64,000 nucleotides of DNA, taken from the NCBI GenBank assembly GCA_943789445.1, contig CALSUC010000002.1, positions 12,256-76,255 of the forward strand, read 5' to 3'. The first letter of the stretch is position 1. Each line of letters starts with the position of its first letter. This stretch comes from an uncultured Gammaproteobacteria bacterium (GTDB lineage Bacteria; Pseudomonadota; Gammaproteobacteria; UBA4575). The position numbers were made by a program, and so were the translations under genes. Below are positions 13,031 through 21,489 of this stretch, in pieces. The notes below the pieces were generated by a model that saw only the letters and a list, made by a program, of their open reading frames with translations, had not been told where the DNA came from and searched no databases.

Positions 13031-13837
13031 TTGGTTAATACCGTCACGCCAACCATCACCATTGCTGATGTCGCGGGCGACAACACCATTAACTACCTTG
13101 AAGACGATGTCGACGTGGCTATCTCAGGTACCACCACGGGGGTGGAAGATGGGCAAGTTCTGACCGTGACACTGAATGGCAAGGATTACCAAGCGACGGT
13201 TTCAGGCGATGCCTGGAGTGTGGATGTGCCAGCAGCAGATGTGCAAGCATTAGCAGAGGGTAACCATAGCGTTACCGCCAATGTAACGAATGCAGTGGGT
13301 GTCGCAGCGGCTGAGGCCAGCAAGGCCATTATCCATAACAGCACAGCACCGCTGACCATTACCCTGGACGATACAGCTCTGGCGGCGGGTGAAACCGCAA
13401 CGGTCACCTTTACCTTTAATGAGGCCGTCACTGGTTTCGATAACAGTGATATAACCGTGGAAGGCGGCACGTTATCAGCCGTGACTTCAGCGGATGATGG
13501 CATCACTTGGACAGCAACGTTCACGCCGACAGCGGACATCAATGATGCCACTAACCTGATTAAAGTGGGCTACGATTGGACCTATGTTTCTTCGGGTAAC
13601 GCACCCGCTGTTGAGCAGGTCAACGCAGCCTTTACCACGGTAGCGCCAGTGGGTGTGACTGTTACTGGTAACAGCATCACCAAAACGGCGGCGAATGGCT
13701 GGACTAATGCAGGCACCTTCTCGGATCAGGTCATCACTGCAGATGGCTCGGTATCGACTACGGTAGCTGAAACGAATACGGATCGTATGATTGGTCTTTC
13801 TGACAGCGATACCAATGCTAAGCTATACCACGATTGA
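13031..13837 (+). CDS. Adhesin 2 fragment ORF (268 aa) covering modules C, A and the start of B.
   Basis: ORF track. Confidence 0.45.
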   Translation: MVNTVTPTITIADVAGDNTINYLEDDVDVAISGTTTGVEDGQVLTVTLNGKDYQATVSGDAWSVDVPAADVQALAEGNHSVTANVTNAVGVAAAEASKAIIHNSTAPLTITLDDTALAAGETATVTFTFNEAVTGFDNSDITVEGGTLSAVTSADDGITWTATFTPTADINDATNLIKVGYDWTYVSSGNAPAVEQVNAAFTTVAPVGVTVTGNSITKTAANGWTNAGTFSDQVITADGSVSTTVAETNTDRMIGLSDSDTNAKLYHD

Positions 13838-14648
13838 TTACGCGATTTATCTGCGGAACAATGGTGCGCTTGGGGTCTATGAAAACGGCGCTAACAAGGG
13901 GACGTTCGGTAGCTATGCGACAGGCGATGTACTGAGTGTTGAGCGTACTGGCTCGACGATTACCTACCTGAAAAATGGCTCGGTATTCTACACCTCAACA
14001 GTTGCTTCGACGGGTGATTTGCATGTGGATACCTCGTTGTATACGACAGGTGCTACATTGAACGACATCGTCATCAAAGGGGATAACCTGACTGCAGGCG
14101 CCACAGACTTCATTGCCTCTAGCGCTAATTTTTCGGTTAATACCGTCACGCCAACCATCACCATTGCTGATGTCGCGGGCGACAACACCATTAACTACCT
14201 TGAAGACGATGTCGACGTGGCTATCTCAGGTACCACCACGGGGGTGGAAGATGGGCAAGTTCTGACCGTGACACTGAATGGCAAGGATTACCAAGCGACG
14301 GTTTCAGGCGATGCCTGGAGTGTGGATGTGCCAGCAGCAGATGTGCAAGCATTAGCAGAGGGTAACCATAGCGTTACCGCCAATGTAACGAATGCAGTGG
14401 GTGTCGCAGCGGCTGAGGCCAGCAAGGCCATTATCCATAACAGCACAGCACCGCTGACCATTACCCTGGACGATACAGCTCTGGCGGCGGGTGAAACCGC
14501 AACGGTCACCTTTACCTTTAATGAGGCCGTCACTGGTTTCGATAACAGTGATATAACCGTGGAAGGCGGCACGTTATCAGCCGTGACTTCAGCGGATGAT
14601 GGCATCACCTTGGACAGCAACGTTCACGCCGACAGCGGACATCAATGA
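13791..14648 (+). CDS. Adhesin 2 fragment ORF (285 aa) covering modules B, C and A.
   Basis: ORF track. Confidence 0.45.
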   Translation: MVFLTAIPMLSYTTIDYAIYLRNNGALGVYENGANKGTFGSYATGDVLSVERTGSTITYLKNGSVFYTSTVASTGDLHVDTSLYTTGATLNDIVIKGDNLTAGATDFIASSANFSVNTVTPTITIADVAGDNTINYLEDDVDVAISGTTTGVEDGQVLTVTLNGKDYQATVSGDAWSVDVPAADVQALAEGNHSVTANVTNAVGVAAAEASKAIIHNSTAPLTITLDDTALAAGETATVTFTFNEAVTGFDNSDITVEGGTLSAVTSADDGITLDSNVHADSGHQ

Positions 14649-16876
14649 TACCACTAACCTGATTAAAGTGGGCTACGATTGGACCTATGTTTCTTCGGGT
14701 AACGCACCCGCTGTTGAGCAGGTCAACGCAGCCTTTACCACGGTAGCGCCAGTGGGTGTGACTGTTACTGGTAACAGCATCACCAAAACGGCGGCGGATG
14801 GCTGGTAATGCAGGCACCTTCTCGGATCAGGTCATCACTGCAGATGGCTCGGTATTCGACTACGGTAGCTGAAACGAATACGCATCGTATGATTGGTCTT
14901 TCTGACAGCGATACCAATGCTAAGCTATACCTCGATTGATTACGCGATTTATCTGCGGACAATGGTGCGCTTGGGTCTATGAAAACGGCGCTAACAAGGG
15001 GACGTTCGGTACTTATGCGACAGGCGATGTACTGAGTGTTCAGCGTACTGGCTCGACGATTACCTACCTGAAAAATGGCTCGGTATTCTACACCTCAACA
15101 GTTGCTTCGACGGGTGATTTGCATGTGGATACCTCGTTGATACGACAGGTGCTACATTGAACGACATCGTCATCGACTCAGGCGCCACAGACTTCATTGC
15201 CACTAGCGCTAATTATTTGGTTAATACCGTCACGCCAACCATCACCATTGCTGATGTCGCGGGCGACAACACCATTAACTACCTTGAAGACGATGTCGAC
15301 GTGGCTATCTCAGGTACCACCACGGGGGTGGAAGATGGGCAAGTTCTGACCGTGACACTGAATGGCAAGGATTACCAAGCGACGGTTTCAGGCGATGCCT
15401 GGAGTGTGGATGTGCCAGCAGCAGATGTGCAAGCATTAGCAGAGGGTAACCATAGCGTTACCGCCAATGTAACGAATGCAGTGGGTGTCGCAGCGGCTGA
15501 GGCCAGCAAGGCCATTATCTATAACAGCACAGCACCGCTGACCATTACCCTGGACGATACAGCTCTGGCGGCGGGTGAAACCGCAACGGTCACCTTTACC
15601 TTTAATGAGGCCGTCACTGGTTTCGATAACAGTGATATAACCGTGGAAGGCGGCACGTTATCAGCCGTGACTTCAGCGGATGATGGCATCACCTTGGACA
15701 GCAACGTTCACGCCGACAGCGGACATCAATGATACCACTAACCTGATTAAAGTGGGCTACGATTGGACCTATGTTTCTTCGGGTAACGCACCCGCTGTTG
15801 AGCAGGTCAACGCAGCCTTTACCACGGTAGCGCCAGTGGGTGTGACTGTTACTGGTAACAGCATCACCAAAACGGCGGCGGATGGCTGGTAATGCAGGCA
15901 CCTTCTCGGATCAGGTCATCACTGCAGATGGCTCGGTATCGACTACGGTAGCTGAAACGAATACGCATCGTATGATTGGTCTTTCTGACAGCGATACCAA
16001 TGTAAGCTATACCTCGATTGATTACGCGATTTATCTGCGGACAATGGTGCGCTTGTGGTCTATGAAAACGGCGCTAACAAGGGGACGTTCGGTACTTATG
16101 CGACTGGCGATGTACTGAGTGTTCAGCGTACTGGCTCGACGATTACCTACCTGAAAAATGGCTCGGTATTCTACACCTCAACAGTTGCTTCGACGGGTGA
16201 TTTGCATGTGGATACCTCGTTGATACGACAGGTGCTACATTGAACGACATCGTCATCAAAGCGGATAACCTGACTGCAGGCGCCACAGACTTCATTGCCA
16301 GTAGCGCTAATTTTTCGGTTAATACCATCACGCCAACCATCACCATTGCTGATGTCGCGGGCGACAACACCATTAACTACCTTGAAGACGATGTCAACGT
16401 GGCTATCTCAGGTACCACCACGGCGGTGGAAGATGGGCAAGTTCTGACCGTGACACTGAATGGCAAGGATTACCAAGCGACGGTTTCAGGCAATGCCTGG
16501 AGTGTGGTGTGCCAGCAGCAGATGTGCAAGCATTAGCAGAGGGTAACCATAGCGTTACCGCCAATGTAACGAATGCAGTGGGTGTCGCAGCGGCTGAGGC
16601 CAGCAAGGCCATTATCTATAACAGCACAGCACCGCTGACCATTACCCTGGACGATACAGCTCTGACGGCGGGTGAAACCACTCAGGTTACCTTTACCTTT
16701 CATGAGGCCGTCACGTGGAAAATTTTGACATCAATGATATTGCGGTTGAAAACGGCACCCGTTCATCGAGTCCTGTCGACTTCAGATGATGTGGAATAAC
16801 TTCACAGCAACATTAACGCCAGATTCTGCCGCGGCCGATAGCACCAATAAAATTTCCGTGGGTAATCGCTGGAACT

Positions 16877-18220
16877 TTGTTGGGTCTGCTCCTGAATCGG
16901 GTAATAAACCGGTTGTGTTTGTATCAGAAGTTGGTGTGGACACGATTGGTAATAATATTTTTAAAACGGCGGCGACTGGCTGGTAATGCAGGCACCTTCT
17001 CGGATCAGGTCATCACTGCAGATGGCTCGGTATCGACTACGGTAGCTGAAACGAATACGCATCGTATGATTGGTCTTTCTGACAGCGATACCAATGTAAG
17101 CTTTACCTCGATTGATTACGCGATTTATCTGAGGAGCAATGGTGCGCTTGCGGTCTTTGAAAACGGCGCTAACAAGGGGGAGTTCGGTACTTATTCGAGT
17201 GGCGATGTACTGAGTGTTGAGCGCTTCGGCTCGACGATTACCTACCTGAAAAATGGCTCGGTATTCTACACCTCAACAGTTGCTTCGACGGGTGATTTGC
17301 ATGTGGATACCTCGTTGCATACGACAGGTGCTACATTGCAAAATGTGGTTATCAATAATGGCGAGTTGGTTAGCAGTAATAATTATGCGGTGAACACTCT
17401 GACGCCAACCATTAATATTGATGCGATTGCCACAGATAATGTTTTGGATTTCGTTGAAGATAATCACTCGTTGCTTGTCACCGGTACAACCACCAACGTA
17501 TCAGATGGGCAAGTGGTGACTGTGACTATCGCCGGTGTCGAGTATACGAGCAGTGTGACGGGTAATGTATGGGGCGTTAAGGTGCCGCAGGCGGTTGCTG
17601 CGGCGCTATCCTCAAGCGTTACGGTGGCTGTGAGTGTCAGTAACGCATCAGGCGTTAACGCAACGGCCAATACGACTTTCACTCACACTACTGATGAGCC
17701 TGTGGTCATTACTATCAGTGATAATGATATAGATTCATCAGAAACGGCCGTGGTTACCTTCCGGTTCAAGGAGGCTGTTACAGACTTCGAGCTTGCTGAT
17801 ATTAATGTGGATTCAGGCACCTTATCTAATCTTGTTAGCACGGATGGCGGTACAACCTTCACCGCGACCTTTACACCAACACCGGGTGTGAAGAGCGACG
17901 TCAGCAAAATCTCGATTGGTTCCAATTGGACGTATCAGTCGTCTGGTGCATCGCCTGTAGTATCAGACATCAAGGTCGCCTTTGAAAATGAAGTGGGTGT
18001 TGATGTAACTACTAATAATATTGTCAAAACAGGATTTGCTGGTTGGACTTCAGGTGCCTTTTCTGAGAATTCCCTGGCAGGGGATGGTTACGTTGCAACT
18101 ACGGTAGCTGAAACGAATACGCATCGTATGATTGGTCTTTCTGACAGCGATACCAATGTAAGCTTTGACACGATTGATTACGCGTTTATCTGCGTGCAAT
18201 GGTGCGCTTGTGGTCTTTGA
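16877..18220 (+). CDS. Adhesin 2 fragment ORF (447 aa) spanning the diverged repeat copies B, C', A'' and B'.
   Basis: ORF track. It is ~50% identical to the homogenised copies (TVAETNTHRMIGLSDSDTNVSF is retained). Confidence 0.5.
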   Translation: MLGLLLNRVINRLCLYQKLVWTRLVIIFLKRRRLAGNAGTFSDQVITADGSVSTTVAETNTHRMIGLSDSDTNVSFTSIDYAIYLRSNGALAVFENGANKGEFGTYSSGDVLSVERFGSTITYLKNGSVFYTSTVASTGDLHVDTSLHTTGATLQNVVINNGELVSSNNYAVNTLTPTINIDAIATDNVLDFVEDNHSLLVTGTTTNVSDGQVVTVTIAGVEYTSSVTGNVWGVKVPQAVAAALSSSVTVAVSVSNASGVNATANTTFTHTTDEPVVITISDNDIDSSETAVVTFRFKEAVTDFELADINVDSGTLSNLVSTDGGTTFTATFTPTPGVKSDVSKISIGSNWTYQSSGASPVVSDIKVAFENEVGVDVTTNNIVKTGFAGWTSGAFSENSLAGDGYVATTVAETNTHRMIGLSDSDTNVSFDTIDYAFICVQWCACGL

Positions 18221-18448
18221 AAACGGCATTAGCAAGGGGGCGTTCGGTAGCTATGCGACAGGCGATGTACTGAGTGTTCAGCGTACTGGCTCGACGATTA
18301 CCTACCTGAAAAATGGCTCGGTATTCTACACCTCAACAGTTGCTTCGACGGGTGATTTGCATGTGGATACCTCGTTGGATACGACAGGCAGTACATTAAA
18401 GAATATTGTGATCAGCGATGGAAGGCTTGCACCAGCAGCGATTACAGC

Positions 18449-19153
18449 GTGGATACGCAGTTTAGTCTTGAAAATGCTAGCGTGGCGGGTAATCAAGTTG
18501 TGCTCACCTTTGATGCGACGATTAATGCACTTAGCACTCCGTCACTTCAATCTTTTGATATTCAGGTTGATGGCGCGACCAGAAACGTTACGGCGATTTC
18601 CTTTTCGGGCAATACGGCTACGTTAACCATTGATGGAAAAGCGGTGGTTGATACTGATTCAGTCGAATTCTCTTATAGTCAGCTAGGTTCTGCTGGTTTT
18701 GAGAGTGCTGCGGGAGCTGTTGTTGCTAATAACAACATTGAGGCTGTGTTTGGCACCACAGGTAATAATGCTATTTCTGGAACCTCTGCCAGTGAATATG
18801 TGTTTGGTGGCAGTGGTAATGATACTATTACTGGTGGTGCTGGGAATGATATTCTGACAGGTGGCGCTGGTAGCGATACTTTTGATTACAACAACACTAC
18901 AGATGGCAGCGACACCATTACCGACTTTACCGTGGGGAGTGGTGGTGACAGCTTAGATTTACGTGACCTTTTAGATTACGCTAGTGGTGATACCTTAGCT
19001 GACTACATTGAATTGACAAACGATGGGACAGACGTCACCTTAAAAATAGATAAAGACGGGGGCGGTGATGAATTTACCAGCCCTGATGTAACAATTACTC
19101 TACAAGGGATCAATGATGCAGCAGGTTACTTTGGCATCACTAGAGACCGATAA
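18449..19153 (+). CDS. C-terminal fragment of adhesin 2. It carries a unique beta-rich region, RTX repeats and the T1SS C-terminal target domain.
   Basis: Contains GGSGNDTITGGAGNDILTGGAGSDTFDY and DSLDLRDLLDY. The stop is followed by the terminator copy. Confidence 0.7.
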   Translation: MDTQFSLENASVAGNQVVLTFDATINALSTPSLQSFDIQVDGATRNVTAISFSGNTATLTIDGKAVVDTDSVEFSYSQLGSAGFESAAGAVVANNNIEAVFGTTGNNAISGTSASEYVFGGSGNDTITGGAGNDILTGGAGSDTFDYNNTTDGSDTITDFTVGSGGDSLDLRDLLDYASGDTLADYIELTNDGTDVTLKIDKDGGGDEFTSPDVTITLQGINDAAGYFGITRDR

Positions 19154-19168
19154 CTTAGCCGTATTGTA

Positions 19169-19307
19169 AAAGTAGCGATAAATAAAAGCCCTCACTAACG
19201 TTGTTGTTTGGTGAGGGCTTTTTTTTTGTAGTACAAGCAACGTATCATAAGTAATTACTCGGTAATGCCGAGGGCTACTAGTGATTGAATAAGATTGATA
19301 CTGCCCT
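19169..19307. repeat. Copy 2 of the ~139-bp direct repeat (3' flank of adhesin 2).
   Basis: Identical to 9909..10047. Confidence 0.9.
19188..19227 (+). terminator. Rho-independent terminator of adhesin 2 (identical to the 9928..9967 copy).
   Basis: Same hairpin and T-run. Confidence 0.85.
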
Positions 19308-19470
19308 AAACATGTGTCTCAGGATGTAAGTCCTCAGTGTTTGAGTATTTTTGCGAATAAATAACCAAAAAAGATATTGAGGTATAGGAAACTTATAAAC
19401 GCGCCAGCCGTTTCTAATGGCTGGATTGGTTTATACTGAGTGCTCTTTAAATTTATAGCCCAGCAAAATC

Positions 19471-20973
19471 TTGATCTCACAGCAGCTTTCTTTATTAGCC
19501 AAGGGACATGCGCAACGCTATTTGCGTATTGGCCAAGTTGGTATCGAGAAGGAATCTCTACGTACTGATCCACAGGCTAATATCGCGCAAAGCGATCATC
19601 CGTCTGAATTGGGTGCGACCTTAACCCATCCTTTTATTACCACTGATTACTCTGAAGCCCTATTAGAGTTTGTGACGCCACCGCTGCCTGATAGTGGGCA
19701 AGCCTTGGCGTTTCTTGATGACATCCATCGTTTTGTTTATCCAAGGATAGGTCAAGAGTCTCTATGGCCGGGGAGTATGCCACCGCGTTTGGCGGGCGAG
19801 CAGAGTATTCGTATTGCACATTATGGCAGCAGTAATCTGGGGCAAATGAAAGAGGTCTATCGCCGTGGTTTAGGTTATCGCTATGGTAAGATCATGCAGG
19901 TGATTGCTGGTATCCATGTCAATTTATCCATTGATGAGGCCTTTTGGCCGCGCTGGCAGGCACTGAAGAATGATTCATCTGCATTGCGTGATTTTGTAGA
20001 CCAACAATACTTTATTCAGATCCGTAATCTACAGCGTATAGGCTGGTTAATTCCTTATTTGTTCGGCGCCTCACCGGTGGTGGATGAGAGCTTTAGGCAT
20101 GCCGGTGCTGGTATGCTGGCAGAGTTTGATCGCCATACCCGTATTGTTGAGGATGCCACCTCGCTGCGGTTGGGTGATATTGGCTATACCAATCAGCGTG
20201 AAAATGAAATTGGTATTAAGGCCTGCTATAGCAGCTTGCCAGAATATGTGCGTTGTTTGGCCGGTGCAATCAGTAAACCCTACAGGCCATATGAAGAGAT
20301 TGGCGTCTGCGTCGATGGTGCCTATCGCCAGCTGAATGCAAACATATTGCAGATTGAAAATGAGTACTACAGTAATGTGAGGCCCAAGCAAATAACGCGT
20401 GAGAATGAAAAGCCAACACATGCCTTGCTGCATCGTGGTGTGCGTTATGTCGAGATTCGTTCCTTAGATCTCAATCCATTCTCAGCCCTTGGCGTGGAAC
20501 AGGAGCAGTTGGATTTTATTGAGTTATTGTTCCTTTATTGTTTATTGGCAGATGATCGTAGTATCGATAGACGGCAACGTGAAGAGATTGATATTAATGC
20601 CTATGAGGTCAGTCACCATGGCCGTCGACCAAATCTAGAATTGCGGCTTGATGGTGAAAGTGTGGCTTTGACGCAATGGGGCGAGTCTATTTTTTCTGAG
20701 ATGCGCCAGCTTGCAGAGTTATTAGATAAGCCGAATTATATCGCTGCGCTGAATCGCTATGAGCCGGTATTGCGTGACCCTGACGAGAGCCTCTCGGCGC
20801 GTATATTAAAAGAGATGAGATTGAAGTCATCGACTTATCTTGAGTTGATCCATGACTATGCTAAAACCTACCAAGCCGCCACACAGCCTCTAGCGCCCGA
20901 GCGCGAAAAAGAATTTATGCGTATAGCGGCCGAGAGCTTGACTAAACAAAGAACAAATAGAAGCGGCCGATAG
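19471..20973 (+). CDS. gshA: Glutamate--cysteine ligase.
   Basis: The 500-aa ORF is collinear with E. coli GshA from memory (..LRTD..HPxxLGxxLTH..ITTDxxEALLEFxTP..; NLQRIGWLIPYLFGASP; LRLGDIGYTN; NILQIENEYYS; VEIRSLDLNPFS). Confidence 0.9.
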   Translation: MISQQLSLLAKGHAQRYLRIGQVGIEKESLRTDPQANIAQSDHPSELGATLTHPFITTDYSEALLEFVTPPLPDSGQALAFLDDIHRFVYPRIGQESLWPGSMPPRLAGEQSIRIAHYGSSNLGQMKEVYRRGLGYRYGKIMQVIAGIHVNLSIDEAFWPRWQALKNDSSALRDFVDQQYFIQIRNLQRIGWLIPYLFGASPVVDESFRHAGAGMLAEFDRHTRIVEDATSLRLGDIGYTNQRENEIGIKACYSSLPEYVRCLAGAISKPYRPYEEIGVCVDGAYRQLNANILQIENEYYSNVRPKQITRENEKPTHALLHRGVRYVEIRSLDLNPFSALGVEQEQLDFIELLFLYCLLADDRSIDRRQREEIDINAYEVSHHGRRPNLELRLDGESVALTQWGESIFSEMRQLAELLDKPNYIAALNRYEPVLRDPDESLSARILKEMRLKSSTYLELIHDYAKTYQAATQPLAPEREKEFMRIAAESLTKQRTNRSGR

Positions 20974-21070
20974 CCTGCCTTTTGCCGATTTCTTGAGCGA
21001 GTATTTTGCACGTCAATAAGATCGCACTTAATGATTTAAGCGATGCCGTTTAAAGGTATGGAGATAAAAA

Positions 21071-21484
21071 ATGTATAAGAAATATATCGTGATGCTGGCC
21101 CTGTTTTTGTGTACGAGTGTGGTGCAGGCCGAGTTGGAACATATTACGGTGCAGCAGCTGTCGGCATTGATGGAAGAAGGCATCACTGTTATCGATATCC
21201 GTACCCCTGAAGAATGGCAACAAACTGGCATTGTCGAGGGCAGTCATCCGATTATGTTTTTTGATCAAAAGGGTAAGCCACATATCGAAGAATGGATGCA
21301 GCAAACCGATGACTTAATTAATCCTGAGCAAGCAGTGATCTTGATCTGTCGTTCGGGTAATCGCACTACGAGTGTCGGCACTTTTCTCAGCAAACAATTG
21401 GGTTTTAAACAGGTGTATAGCGTGAAGGGTGGTATTAACAGTTGGTTGAAGGCAGGGAACAAGACACAGCCGCTTGAACCATAG
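21071..21484 (+). CDS. Single-domain rhodanese-like sulfurtransferase with an N-terminal signal peptide.
   Basis: Has a hydrophobic leader (MYKKYIVMLALFLCTSVVQA), an active-site loop CRSGNRT and a GGAG RBS. Confidence 0.8.
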   Translation: MYKKYIVMLALFLCTSVVQAELEHITVQQLSALMEEGITVIDIRTPEEWQQTGIVEGSHPIMFFDQKGKPHIEEWMQQTDDLINPEQAVILICRSGNRTTSVGTFLSKQLGFKQVYSVKGGINSWLKAGNKTQPLEP

Positions 21485-21489
21485 GGGGA

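Larger units (their letters stand above)
10634..16700. repeat. Coding tandem repeat array of adhesin 2, built from the same A/B/C modules as array 1. Period is ~805 bp or ~1095 bp. It degrades into diverged copies after ~16700.
   Basis: Landmark spacings are 809, 804, 1093, 1103, 1088 and 1101 bp. The sequence is near-identical to array 1. Confidence 0.9.
10537..19153 (+). pseudogene. Giant T1SS-secreted RTX-type repeat adhesin, paralog 2. It has a short unique N-terminus (MVMSEKIQEATSSMYKNS...) that runs straight into the repeats, and it is multiply frame-disrupted. Its last ~2.5 kb carries diverged, ancestral-like A/B/C copies and a distinct RTX/T1SS C-terminal domain.
   Basis: There is an ATG at 10537 preceded by 'aaagg'. 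The repeat landmarks are at 10634, 11443, 12247, 13340, 14443, 15531 and 16632, with 1.1-kb periods where module C is inserted. The ORFs 10447.. through 18449..19153 hop between frames. The C-terminal ORF holds GGAGNDILTGGAGSDTFDY RTX repeats and 'DSLDLRDLLDYASGD', and stops at 19153. A 2-nt deletion plus a 3-nt insertion at ~10618-10640, relative to the repeat consensus, shifts the frame right after the start. Confidence 0.55.

Noticed and set aside
712-16612. Dozens of minus-strand ORFs of 60-130 aa inside the adhesin repeats (for example 712..1074, 1509..1877, 3424..3780, 6898..7293 and 12092..12451), all encoding the same [23 protein letters not shown]... peptides.
   Set aside because: They are antisense read-throughs of the same near-identical repeat, copied many times. 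They have no RBS and no independent conservation signal. They are artefacts of the repeat, not genes.
50-16700. The possibility that the highly regular direct repeats are a CRISPR array or a satellite.
   Set aside because: The period is 800-1100 bp and the repeats are protein-coding. There are no short repeat-spacer units.
19334-19573. Minus-strand ORF overlapping the gshA start.
   Set aside because: It overlaps the strongly supported gshA 5' end on the opposite strand and has no features of its own.
21028-21462. Minus-strand ORFs 21028..21231, 21050..21304 and 21265..21462 inside the rhodanese gene.
   Set aside because: They are antisense to a well-supported signal-peptide rhodanese CDS.
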